Below are positions 47,825 to 61,718 of a DNA stretch of 64,000 nucleotides, piece after piece. The notes beneath the pieces are model-generated. The model made no database searches. It was not told where the DNA came from and was given only the letters and a program-made list of their open reading frames with translations. How positions within the stretch are numbered: position 1 is the stretch's first letter; every line of letters begins with the position of its first letter. Source of the DNA: Octopus bimaculoides (taxonomy: Eukaryota); contig NC_068984.1 in assembly GCF_001194135.2 (NCBI RefSeq), forward strand, positions 141,326,946 to 141,390,945. The letters are read 5' to 3'. The position numbers and the translations under genes are program-made.

Positions 47825-50519
47825 CTTTAGATGAAGTTTGTCATGTCAAAGATGGAATTTGATATAAAGAGAGATGTTGTTCTTTTGGTCTTTTAGTCAA
47901 GTGAAAGAAAATGGTCCTAATGACTTCTACTAAGTCAATGTATGAAATTGGTGAGTGTGAGGCAGAGAGGGTGGGTATCCTCAGACTGGACACCTGACCT
48001 AAATGTTTGCAAAAGATTTGTTGCTGTTTAGCCTCAGGTCAGTCCATATTGAGCACCCCTTATGATCAAAGACACTCCAACTGTGACTCTTTCATCAATT
48101 TGTGGAGGTTCATGGTTTAGTGGTTTGGCTGTCAAACTCATGATATTAAGAATGTGGTTTCAATTCCTGGGCCAGGTGATGGCCCAGGAAAACCCTTCTT
48201 GAGCAAAACCCTTCATTTCACATTGTTCCAGTCCACTCAGCTGGGAAATATTAATAATCTTGTGATGGACCTCCGTCCCATCCAGGTGGGGGAATATATA
48301 TATATATATATATATATATGCTACAAAAACTGAGGAAACTGGCCCTATGGATTTGTATGACCCAGGAAGGATCTGTACCCCATTCTTTCATCATTTTGCT
48401 TTGTGCAAGGAGCTTAGGATCCCATTGTGTAATATGGCTGTTTTCCTTAGACAGTTGGGTGAAACTTGAGGCAGGTTTGGCTGCTATTTGTAGCAGGGTT
48501 TTGGCAGGTGCAGAGAGGTTTTCTGCTAAATATCTTTTCTGATATTGGAGATTAATTTCTCTGGAGCTGGTTGTTTAGTCTGCCTTACAATGGATGTATT
48601 AGAAATTATCTTGGAAATTCTAGCCTACCACGATGCTTCTAACACACACACACACACATGCTGTAGCACATAGACACACACACTCTCTTTAAGCTTTCTT
48701 TACACATAAGATAAGGGAAATATATGATGCAGTCATAAAGCTGACTCTGTTGTTTGATATCGGTAATATCTCTCTGAGTAAATCTTTAAAGATATGGTGC
48801 AGTTGGTTGTTACGTAGAGGGCTGGAGCCAGTTCATGTAGTCCAAATAGGTTTTGTGTATTGTCACCTCTAATCTTTCACCAACCAACCAACCAACTTGT
48901 ATTGTTTGAAAATATATTATTAGACTAAGAACAACAAGAAAACGTATTTTCCACACTGCTTCTCTTCAAAGAAGGTATTATTGTCTTATGATGTGGGCTA
49001 CTGACTCTAATATAGTCTGTCCTGTACAATTGTTATCCTGTTTCAGTGGTTCTCGACCATTTTTCGCTTATGGATCCCTATTTTATATTTGCTGGGTCCC
49101 TACAGCTATTTGACGTAAGAGCAAAAATCCTGATATATTTTTTATAATTATTGTTAGGAATTGTATAAAATAATTAAAATATTTTGTGTCCCACTGCGTG
49201 TCACCTTGGGCAAATGTCTTCTACCATAGCCTCTGGCTGACCAGAACCTTGTAAGTGGATTTGGTAGATGGAAATTAAAAGAAGCCCATTGTATGTGTGT
49301 TTGTGTGTTCTCTCCCACCATCGCTTGACAATCGATGTGGGTGTGTTTATGTCTCTTGAGAGAAATTTAGCTGTCATATCTAGCAGGTCAAGCAACACTG
49401 CAGAGGCTTCCAAAATGTGTTAATGAGTGAATGCTTGTTAATCTTTGGGATGGCCTTGATTTAGATGTCTAGGAGGTCTGTCTGTGTGTCTTCATGTAGC
49501 GAGACCACCACCAACACCACCACATATATGTAAGCGCTAAGTTGTGTATTGAGCCGTTTTCTACAGCTCCTCTCTCAAACTGTGAAATGGAGACAACTGA
49601 AGTGAACAGAAAAATAAATATTACCTTGCTCAGGAGACACAATATAATATTTTCTTGCGAGATTTAGAATTCTTGGTAAAGATGCAGACTTATTAAAAAC
49701 AGAGCAAAAACCAAAATAAACCAGTTTTCAGTGTTTCCCACTTGCTGCTGCGGCTGCTGCTGCTACTCTAGACATGTATGAGTAGCTAATTAATTAAACT
49801 TCTGCTCTTATTACACATTCACTCTCTACTACGGAGTAACACCTTGTGCAAGATATTATTCAACTTATTAAATTTGAGTGATGATGATGATGATGTTGAT
49901 GGTGGCAGCTATGTTAGTGGTGGTGGTTGCTGTGTTGATGGTGAAAGAGGTGGTGGTGTTAGTGATGGTACTGGAGTGGAGTGGGGGTAGGGTACCTAGT
50001 GAAGTTACCAGAATCTCACCTAGGTAAATAACTGTCGCACATGTGTATTTTCTCTGTACACAGAGGTAGCCCTAAACTTGTTTTATATTGTCAACTTGTT
50101 AAATGGACACTCACCACCTTCCTTGTTTGTGTGTGTTTAATGAATAAGTGTTTACATAATGTAGTAGTAGTAGTAGTAGTAGTAGTAGTAACAACAATGA
50201 TGATGGTAATAATAATAATGATAATAATAGTGGTGGTCACTCAAGTGGTTTGATACATTTACGCAATACGATGAAAACGTAATTCTGTTCCTAGCCACAT
50301 TACATGTAAACTGTGCCTTTCTGGTAGTACCCCCCCCCCGCACACACACACACACGCACGCAGCCAACCCCCACTCCCCTTCCTCTTTACATTTGAGCTA
50401 TTTCTTTCAGTTGGTAAGTCTCTTTAATAAACTAATGCCAGCCCAAACTGCCTGCTTGGATATTTTAAGGTGTTGTTGCTGGCTGTTCAAAATTAGATTC
50501 TCACATCATTTCACACATT

Positions 50520-50570
<51 letters not shown>

Positions 50571-50654
50571 TATATATATATATATATACATACATACATA
50601 TGCATTATATATATATATATATACACATATATACACACACATGCATCTATACAT

Positions 50655-50686
<32 letters not shown>

Positions 50687-51612
50687 TATACATCTATACA
50701 TTATATATATATACAAACACATACATCTATACATTATATATATACACATACATATATACACATATATATACACACACATCTATACATTATATATATACAC
50801 AGACACACAGACTGAACAAGCCCCTCTACCCTAGTCTATCAGATTGACTTACATTCCTGCCCTTTAATTGATGTGGGTCCCCTAAAAATAGGTGATGCAT
50901 CTACACAATTGCTTGGCCTGATTGTTGAGTGTTCACTTTTTTTTTTCAAAAGGGGGTTAGGTGTGTGACTTTATTGTCTCCATCATTGGAACCAGTTGGG
51001 TCTTTAAAAGTAGCCACAGCTGTTGCCAAGATCAAACACAATGATAAATGGTACACAGGGCTGTTCCCTTTAATAGTGTCCAAAGGGTGCTGATTGTTTC
51101 TCTTTGAAAATGTGTCAGGAGTCCACAGTCTATAAAGGACTCTCTAAGTTCTTTCTTTCTTTCTCATTGTCTTTCTCTCTTCAGATTTCTCTTTCTTTCT
51201 TTCCTTCCATCTTCCAGATGGTGAGTGACTATATAAAAAGTCTCTAATTAGCGGCAGGCTGCTGCTGCTGCCAGGGGTGGAAGTGATGATGTTCAGCCAA
51301 GTCCTGCAACACTGCTGCCTCTGTCAACTGACAATAACTGTTACAGTTAAGACTTTTAAAGAATTGGTTATGTAAAACTGACATCCGCTTCCCCCCCCCC
51401 ATTCTCTACACGTGGTTACATACATATTCACACACACACACACACGCACGTGCATGTCGCTGTTAAAGTGCTGGTTTAAATTTATCTTAAATAGTACATG
51501 TAAAAATATGTTGTCAATGTGTCTGTATATATGTGTGTGAGAGAGAGAAAGAGAGGGAACAGGAGAGAGTGAGAGATAGTAGAAGGGTGTGAGTGTATAT
51601 ATATATATATCA

Positions 51613-51655
<43 letters not shown>

Positions 51656-51697
51656 TATATGTGTGTGAAAGAGGATGAGAAGGAGCGTGTATATAAA

Positions 51698-51728
<31 letters not shown>

Positions 51729-52898
51729 ATGCACACATGCTTGTACATACAATAAGCTAACTGTAACCTTATATATACACTACAGGAAATGGAAGCTTAG
51801 TGGTTAGCTACTGCTGCCACCTAACACTCACACGCGCGCGCACGCACACTAATACTATCTTACATGCACACTTATACACACGCACGCACACTCTCTCTCT
51901 CTCTCACTCTCTCTCTCTCACACACACTCTCTCTCACACACACTCTCTCTCACACACACTCTCTCTCTTTGTCACACACACTAACATTCTCTCTCATACA
52001 CACATTACATTTTCTCTATCTTACACACTCATACACTCTCACACTCTCTCTCACACTCTCTCTCACACACCTTCCTCTCAACCTCAACAGTTAGTTCTGG
52101 GCCACTTGTTCCCTCCCTATATACTGTCCCCTGTATACTGGCCACTCCCTACATTTAATCATGAACCATCAAGTAAGTGGGTGGCTGTCTTTGCTGTCAC
52201 ACACAACTTGCTACAAACATTAGCCAAATCTCTCTCTTGAGTCCATACAGTCAGTCTTAGGAAACACCACACTAAGATAATGTTGTCTTAGCTATTCTAT
52301 GTCTAAATAAAAAAAAAAAAAAAAAAAAAAAAAAAATAAGAAGACAGTGGCTGGAACCCCTTTGATAAAAGATGTGCTGGTTTAGGTTTGATCAGGGGTT
52401 AGGAAGCAGAGGTCAAATAATTCTGAAATCACAACTTAGTGCAACATTAGTGTACATGTATGACAAAGTAGGAATGTGTTGAGAGAAAATTTGAGTACAT
52501 GGGGGGCATTGGAGATAATGTGCAAGAGAAAAAAAGAACTGTTCAGGTTATGTTCATCGGATGTGTATGGATGGGGACAGCTGCATCGAGAAGTGCTGAT
52601 CATTAAATGTGGATGGATTCTGTGGAAGATATAGACATGTGATAAAGTAATGAGAAATGACTTCTGGATGTTGAGTCCCACAGAGGAAATGACAAAGGAC
52701 TGAGATGATCAGCAATTTGAGAAGACCATTCACTTAAGAAAAAATGAGCCCCTATAAGCATTTCTGTGTCCTTGCATCCAATTTGTCCCTGATGTATCTC
52801 TCCTTCATAACTCATCTTCCTACCTCCCAACCCTAAATCACTCTCCTGACTATGGTGCTATGCACTCAGCTGCTGTAATTATGACAGTGGGCCTGCAC

Positions 52899-52954
<56 letters not shown>

Positions 52955-55174
52955 ATATGTCTGTGTTATGTATGGTGATTGTTCCATCTTCACAGATAAT
53001 TGCCATCTCCTTGTGATTTGGTTACAGCGTTTCTGACTTTCCACCAACGACCTATCAGATGACTGCTCAGTTCTGCTGCAAATGGTGTGCATCGGTTGCA
53101 GCATAGATATCAGAGAAAAGTTGAAGCTTCCCCTGGACGTTGTGGCAGAAGGAGTTACTTGTTCAAAGTGTCAAACGTTTTCTCCTTCAAGTTGAGCTTT
53201 CTCACTGGTTAAGTCTGCACATATCACCATAGTGCTTTTAGTAGATGGGGGTGACAAATGAGGTCACCATAAAGAGACATCTGCACCTCATTGGATTACA
53301 ATGATAAACACTTGTAGAACACTAGTACTCTCTTTAAGTCTCTATGATTAGTACCTAATGACAGGCTAAACTGAGATGACCAGTAATTATGTGAACCTGC
53401 TGGATTTACTTCAGAGAGTCTCTCTCCTAGAAAGCTGAGGGGTCCATCATTCCCAGTGCATTTACAGCTGTTGACTTGAGAGTTCATCTGCCCTTTGACA
53501 GGTTTTGTTTTCCATCTGGTAGGGTGTCCAAGAAGACTACTATCCTTAACAACCCAACTTGGTAAGGTTGCTGGTTTTGTTGCTGACAGTCTGACCATGG
53601 GATAGATTGTACTGGGTCACATGTTACCAGTACCTCGATGTATATTTGTGTGCGTGTGTGTGTGTGTATATATATATGTATATATATATACATATACATA
53701 TATATAAGTAGCTTGCTTACCAACCACATGGTTCCGAGTTCATTCCCATTGCGTGGCACCTTGGGCAAGTGTCTTCTATTATAGCCTCGGGCCGACCAAA
53801 GCCTTGTCAGTGGATTTGGTAGACGGAAACTGAAAGAAGCCCATCGTATATATGTATATCTATATGTATGTGCGTGTATATGTTTGTGTGTCTGTGTTTG
53901 TCCTCCCAGCATTGCTTGACAACCGATGCTGGTGTGTTTAGGTCCCCGTAACTTAGCGGTTCGGCAAAAGAGACCGATAGAATAAGTACTAGGCTTACAA
54001 AGAATAAGTCCTGGGGTCGATTTTCTCGACTAAAGGCGGTGCTCCAGCATGGCCACAGTCAAATGACTGAAACAAGTAAAAGAGTAAAAGAGTAATGAAT
54101 NNNNNNNNNNNNNNNNNNNNNNNNNNNNNNNNNNNNNNNNNNNNNNNNNNNNNNNNNNNNNNNNNNNNNNNNNNNNNNNNNNNNNNNNNNNNNNNNNNNN
54201 NNNNNNNNNNNNNNNNNNNNNNNNNNNNNNNNNNNNNNNNNNNNNNNNNNNNNNNNNNNNNNNNNNNNNNNNNNNNNNNNNNNNNNNNNNNNNNNNNNNN
54301 NNNNNNNNNNNNNNNNNNNNNNNNNNNNNNNNNNNNNNNNNNNNNNNNNNNNNNNNNNNNNNNNNNNNNNNNNNNNNNNNNNNNNNNNNNNNNNNNNNNN
54401 NNNNNNNNNNNNNNNNNNNNNNNNNNNNNNTGAAAGAAGCCCGTCGTATATATGTATATATATGTATTATGTATATGTTTGTGTGTCTGTGTTTGTCCCC
54501 CCAGCTTCGCTTGACGACCGATGTTGGTGTGTTTGCGTCCCCGTAACTTGGCGGTTCGGCAAAAAGAGACCGATAGAATAAGTACTAGGCTTACAAAGAA
54601 TAAGTCCTGGGGTCGATTTTCTCGACTAAAGGCGGTGCTCCAGCATGGCCACAGTCAAATGACTGAAACAAGTAAAAGAGTAAAAGAGTAATGAATACAC
54701 ACATGCATACGTGTATGTCCTGTAAAACTGGTGGATCTGCGTATCAATTCCCTTGACATAGATTCACATCATTAATGAGGCCTGGTTTCCTTGCCACATA
54801 ATGACTATGAAAGTTTAACGATTGGAAACAAGTAATGACATTAATGTGTGCACTCACATGGATAGATATGTGTTGCATTTCCTTAATGTTAGGTAAGCAA
54901 AGACGTCTTTGGCTTTCATGATATTGCCTTTGTCTTGGTGAGCGTGCCCGACATAAACCATCCTCACACGTGTATGTGTGTGTGTGTGGGGGGGAAACAT
55001 TGTTTGGAGAGGCATGGGTGTTTTATAAATATGCCTAATTGAAGTATCATAAAAGCATGAAACTTTTAGTAGCTCTTTTGGTTGTGTATTAAATTGATAT
55101 CTATCTCTCACTGGATTGAGTATTTTTGTTGTTGATTTTACGTTATTGGATCTCTATCTCCCTACCCCTCTCTT

Positions 55175-55210
<36 letters not shown>

Positions 55211-55211
55211 A

Positions 55212-55249
<38 letters not shown>

Positions 55250-55387
55250 ACTCTTTTACTTGTTTCAGTCATTTGACTGTGGCCATGCTGGAGCACCGCC
55301 TTTAGTATAGCAAATCGACCCCAGGACTCATTCTTTGTAAGCCTAGTACTTATTCTATTGGTCTCTTTTGCCAGCTCATGAAATTAA

Positions 55388-55614
55388 CTCATTAGTGCCC
55401 AAATTTTTTTATTTGATTTATTACCAAAAATCGTTTTTTATTCAACTTTATCTGATATTAAATATATATAAAAAGATCTTATTACAATATTTGAAGGACG
55501 CTCTAGTCTTGATGACAATCTAAAGATATCTCAGAAAAATACAGGTGTTGCAGAAATATGATGGATTATCCTTTTGGTCCTTAAAAATAAAAAAGGACCA
55601 TGGGCATTAATGGG
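55388..55614. mobile_element. piggyBac-like MITE (family P3)
   Basis: TTAA|CTCATTAGTGCCCA ... TGGGCATTAATGGG|TTAA. Confidence 0.65.
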
Positions 55615-56574
55615 TTAATGTGTAAGTGGCTGAGCACACCACAGACACACATACCTTTAATGTAGTTTTCAGGGAGATTCAGTGTGACACACTGAATGGG
55701 ACAAGGCTGGCCCATTCAACAACAGGTACAACACTGAAGCAACGTGAAATAAGCGCCTTGCTTAAGGACTCTATGCACTGCTGGTCATTGAACTCTCGAC
55801 TGTCAGGTTGTGAATTGAATTCACTAACCATGTGCTGAGTCATGTGCTGCTTTCTTTGCAGTGAGTAGCGTAGGCCTTGAAAATGGCCATTGCTGTTTTG
55901 GTCTCCTGGCTGCAATAGTTTTATTGTCATATTCACTGGTAGCAGATACAGGTGTAACAATTTGGCACAAGTCACCCAGTCCATTTAGGTGACTCACCAC
56001 TGTGTCCTAAAATAACACATTTTCAAATCTAAATATAGACTTACAATAACTTTTGGCTTCAGAAAGAAAAAAGCAAAAAAAAACCCCAAAAAAAGCTCAA
56101 ACTAAAACAAACAACTTCAATGAAAACTTCAAATAAATATTGTATAGGTGCAGGAGTGGCTGTGTGGTAAGTAGCTTGCTTACCAACCGCATGGTTCTGG
56201 GTTCAGTCCCACTGCATGGCACTTTGGGCAAGTGTCTTCTATTATATCCTCGGGCCGACCAAAGCCTTGTGAGTGGATTTGGTAGACAGAAACTGAAAGA
56301 AGCCCATCGTATATAAGTATATATGTATGNNNNNNNNNNAACATCACTTGACAACTGATGCTGGTGTGTTTACATCCCCGCAACTTAGCGGTTCGGCAAA
56401 AGCGATTGATAGAATAAGTACTAGGCTTACAAAGAATAAGTCCTGGGATCGATTTGTGCTCGATTAAAGGTGGTGCTCCAGCATGGCCGCAGTCAAATGA
56501 CTGAAACAAGTAAAAGAGTTAAAAGGAGTAATCCATATTTTTCTGTTGGAGTTCTGGTTGGACATTGGCTACAG

Positions 56575-56849
56575 CAGTAGTTCCCAAAATGTACGGTGTC
56601 CCTCCCTCTCAGGGGGTGGGGATGGAATGTTTCAAGGGAGGATTGAAGAAAAGTGGGGTGATAATGGGGTAGCGATTCATGTAAAAACAACAAAATAATG
56701 GGTTCATTAGATTGTTATTTTTGAAATACAGTTGCTTTGAATTCACTTCAGAAAGAGGTCTGTTTGTGATGGTTAGTTGGGGTGGGGGTGCTAGGAATGT
56801 GGCCTGGGTGTCAGGTGGGTGGCAGCCTGAATAAGTTTGGGAACCACTG
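56575..56849. mobile_element. hAT-type MITE
   Basis: TIRs CAGTAGTTCCCAAA / TTTGGGAACCACTG and a perfect 8-bp TSD GGCTACAG (56567-56574, 56850-56857). Confidence 0.85.
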
Positions 56850-58442
56850 GGCTACAGGAAACTCCTGCTTACTTCACTAACTTATTAAGAACAAAATTTA
56901 GTTACTTTTGAGTATTATTTTCAAACAGTGGTGTACCATGACACCAATGCTCACTAAATTGGTGCAGTCCTCATTGGATGGTTTCTATCATGGATGGTCA
57001 CATTCGACCATCTCCCACAAGATAGTGTTGGAGGTGGTTTTATTGATATTTGATGATTTGTGACTTCACAGAAATGATAGTTAATTGCCATTGCTTCTGA
57101 TGCTGATCCTGTTGTTTGGCTTCTCAGCACTTCTGTTTATAAACCAAGTTGTTATCAAATATGAAATCATCATCATCATCATCGTCACTTAACGTCCGCT
57201 TTCCATGCTAGCATGGGTTGCACGATTTGACTGAGGACTGGTGGACCAGGAGGTGACACCAGGCTCCAATCTAATTTGGCAGAGTTTCTACAGCTGGATG
57301 CCCTTCCTAATGCCAACCACTCCGAGAGTGTAGTGGGTGCTTTTATGTGCCACCGGCACGAAGGCCAGTTAGGCAGTACTGGCAACGGCCATGCTCCAAA
57401 ATGGTGTATTTTCCGTGCCACCTGCACAGGAGCCAGTCCATCGGCACTAGCAACAATCTCGCTCGAATGTCTTTTCATGTCCCATCGTTATCTGACAAAT
57501 ATATAACATCTGAACAAAATTAAAATAACTTTTGCATTCGTTTCCTAATTTTTCTCAAAAGGCTTTATTCCCCTAAAGTATCCCAACTGTCGCTAGTCAA
57601 CAGAGGACTTTCCCCTTCTGATCATTTAATTATTACTGAATTCATAATTTATGAAGCAAATCCGTTTTTACTCTGGAGGAGGATCAGTTTACTATTTTTA
57701 TTATGGAAGGATGCTCATTAAATATGGAAGACCAGTGTATTGTATTAAATATGGAAGAATAGTCTGTTATATGAAATATGGAAAACTGCTCTGTCAGTTT
57801 TTATAATGGAGTGTTGCTGTACTATATTACTATTGAGGGTTGCTAAGTTACGTTTGAAATGAAGGGCTGCTAAGCTATTTTGAATGAAATGGTTGCTATT
57901 TATAATATGGTGTAGCGTCTGTCATTTTTACTGCAGAGAGCAGCCATGTTATTAATATGGTGGATATTGTAGGGTATAGGTTATTAAGTTGGATCTGTTT
58001 AGCTGAAAATAGTTATTCTAAATTGCTAAGTGTTCATTTACAGATAATGGAAAGCAAATATATATATCTAGTTTTCCTTATCAAACTCTTCCTCCCACTG
58101 TCTGTGTCTGTCCGTCTCTCTCACTCTCACCCCCCTCCTCGACACTGCTTTTTTTTTTCTTTCAAAATGCAGTGCTGTAATGCTATCAGTAACCAGGTGA
58201 AATAGGCTGGATGATTAAATGTCTTGATACTTTCTCACCAAATTAAAAGTGTGTAAGCATCAATTGATGGTCATTACTCTACCATGATGTAATCATTTCA
58301 GTTTCATCCCATGTTCTCTGCTTTTGGGTTGAGTTCTTTTGTATGGGACTTTGGACAAGTGTCTTCTATAATAGCTACTGGCCTACTAAAACCTTGTGAA
58401 TGGATTTGGTTGATGGAAACTGAATGAAGCCTACTGTATATG

Positions 58443-58486
<44 letters not shown>

Positions 58487-61167
58487 CATGCACACATGCA
58501 TACAAAACACATTTGTGTCTCTCTGAAAATTGTGAACCGTAGGTGCTGATGTTGTTAAAATTTCTTATGTCCGAACTGGTATTGTACCTTTAAAAAGGTG
58601 TGAACCAAGAGACCCTTTACTTGGAAAATAGGGAACGGTTTAAGGAATCTGACTGGAAAACAGTACCTCAATAACATATTCATGCAACCCATGGGTTGGA
58701 CTCTGTGTGTGTGTGTGTGTGCATAGGTGTGACTGTGGTTAAGAAGTTTGCTTCCTAAAAACCTGGATTCCGGTTCAGTCTCACTGCATGGCACCTGCAT
58801 CTGGAGTCATGGTTGGGAGGCATACTTCTTACAGCCATGCCTGTGTGTGTGTGTGTGTGTGTGTGTATAAAATGATTTTCTTAAATCAAAAGTCTTAATT
58901 ATGTATAAAAAAATCATCCTAGAACGACTGAAATCTTTTGGAAAGAAGCGTTCATCATGTGTAAGCACTTTCAGACACACATGCTTATGGGGTAATCTGT
59001 GTGTGTGTGTGTGTGTGTGACACACATTCATGCACACACTTTATTTTCTTTTGTTTCAATCATTGGTCTGTGACCATGCTGGAGCATCACCTTAAAGTTG
59101 AACAAATCAACCTCGGTACTCATGTTCTTAAGTCTGTTACTTATCTTATCGGACTCTTTTTCTCAAATTGCTAAGCTATAAGGATGTAAACTAACCAACA
59201 ATGGTGGGAATCTAAATAAACACAAAGATACATACACACACACGCAGATATATGTGTGTGTATATATATATATATCTACATATATAAACAAACGGAGTGG
59301 ATTTGGTAGACAGAAACTGAAAGAAGCCCGTCATGTATATATATATGTGTGCGTGTGTTTGTCCCCCTCATCATCATTTGACAACCGATGTTGGTGTGTT
59401 TTCGCCCCCCTAACTTAGCGTTTCTGCAAAAGGAACTGGTAGGATAAGTACCAGGCTCACAAAGAATAAGTGCTGAGGTCAATTTGTTCGACTAAAGGTG
59501 GTGCTCCAGCATGGCCGCATTCAAATGATTGAAGCAAATAAAAGAATAAAAGAAATATATATATATATATATATGAAGGTGTGTGTGTTTAGAATAATTG
59601 CATTCATCATCTCTATATTCCTTTCCTGCTTGTCAAAGGTTAATACATCTGCCTATCGTATTCATGTGGCTTTAGTTACCGAGGGCGACATGTTGGCATA
59701 TTGCCCTCCATGCATGTAAATTGATAGAAGGTAAACAGTTGAGTAAAAGAGATGGTATTGAACAACCATCTTCTCTCTCCTGTCTGTCTGTCTGTCTCTC
59801 TGTCTTTCTCCCTCTATGTAGAAGTAACCTTGAGAGAGAGAGAGAGAGGGACGAGAGATAGAGCTGGTATTGAATCACAATCCTCTCCCACGTTGCTATG
59901 CTTGTAACTCCCCTTCGAACCAGAGAGGAACTTGGAAAATAGTTTTAAGATGAGAGGAAGATATATTGGCATAAAGTGTGAAGTTGGTTTGAAGAATTAT
60001 GATGTGTGGTGGAGAATAGGGTGGATTTCTCTGTGCTTGTGTGTCTGGGTCTTGTGTGTGTGTGTTAGGGGAATGTATTTGTATGAGTGTGTTTGGGTTG
60101 TCTGCTTTCCGTGCAGGTTTGTGTTTGAACATCAACCATGTATGTTGTATGTAAGGTTGAATTTGTGTGTTTGGTTAGAGAGAGAGAGAGAGCGTGGCTG
60201 GGTGGGGAGAAGGTGTGTGGGTGTGCAGATGCATACGTGTTGGATTTCCTTGTATATATTATTTGCTGTGTATGTGTGGTTAGTGTGTGCATGCATGTGT
60301 GTGTGTGTATGTGTGAGATTAACCATACATGTATGTTGTGTATATATGTGTAGCTAGAATTCTGTTAATTCTTGGCCTTCATTGTGGGTTTGTGTGTACA
60401 TTGCTTTGTATGTATGTGTGTGTGTGTGTATAACGGGTGGGGGTGGGGGTCTGGTAATATATATATATTTAAGGCGGTGAGCTGGCAGAATCATTAGCAT
60501 GCTGGGCGAAATGCTTAGCGGTATTTCGTCTGCCACAACGTTCTGAGTTCAAATTCCACCAAGGTAGACTTTGCCTTTCATCCTTTCGGGGTCGATAAAT
60601 TAAGTACCAGTTGTGTACTGTGGGTTGATGTAATCAACTGGCCCCCTCTCCCAAAATTTAGGACCTTGTGCCTAGAGTAGAAAAGAGTATATATATATAT
60701 ATATATATATATATTTAAGTGTATATTTTATCTTCTACTTGTGTCAGTCATTAGACTGCGGCCATGCTGGGGCACCACCTTGAAGAATTTTAGTCAAAAG
60801 AATTGACCCTAGTGTTACTTTTTTTCCCCCTTTTCCTAAAGCCAAGTACTTGTTTTATTAGTCTGTTTTGCTGAACTACTAAATTACTGGAATGCAAACA
60901 CCGATTGTCAAGCAGACAACACACACACACACAATGGGCTTCTTTCAGTTTCCATCCTCCAAATCCACTTACATGGTGTTTGGTCAGCCCGGGGCTGTAG
61001 TAGAAGGCATTTCCCCAAGGTGCCATGCAGTGGGACTGAACCCGGAACCATGTGGTTGGGAAGCAAGCTTCTTACCACACATTCATGAATGTGTGTTAAG
61101 TATATATTTCTATGGTCTTCAGTTAAGTTTTTAACTTTGCTGGCAAAGGTCATACTTGAGCATTGCC

Positions 61168-61202
<35 letters not shown>

Positions 61203-61672
61203 CGTGCACATTTGAAAGGCACTGTTGGTTAGCATTTCTATGTGTTTGTGTCAATCTGCATGTGGCTGTGATATCTGCAATGTGTATTTACACCATGCAT
61301 GCATCTGTGAAGTGTGTGTGTGTGTACATAAATTGTTGTCTGCACATCATCGTGTGTGATATAGAGGTGGAGGAAGGAGTTTGAGGGGCTTGCGACTATC
61401 TTCATTCCTCTGTGTGTGTGTGTGTGTGTGTGTGCATAATAGACTGAAGAATTAAAGTGGGGAGTAGAGGGATGTGAGGTAACTTAAAATTCCCCTGAGA
61501 TCCAGGTGAAGTGTGGCTGATTAGATAGAGTATATAATATGGTCGCTTCACTCCCCTTTTCTCTTTCTCCCTCTCTCTCTTCCTCTCCCTCTCCATGTGT
61601 TTATGCTGCTCTTTACATGTGTATCTGTGTAGCTTTCTCTCTCTCTCTCTCTACACCATGTATACTAGGTAC

Positions 61673-61718
<46 letters not shown>

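Noticed and set aside
52307-52336. A30 tract suggesting a retrocopy poly(A) tail
   Set aside because: It sits at the A-rich internal position of an abundant dispersed repeat (cf. 34015-34035 and 38035-38055), and there is no upstream coding homology.
53826-54700. Two SINE A 3' halves with the same unique-looking flank (..GAGTAATGAAT) either side of an N-gap
   Set aside because: Probably a haplotype or repeat misassembly around the gap; it cannot be treated as a real duplication without reads.
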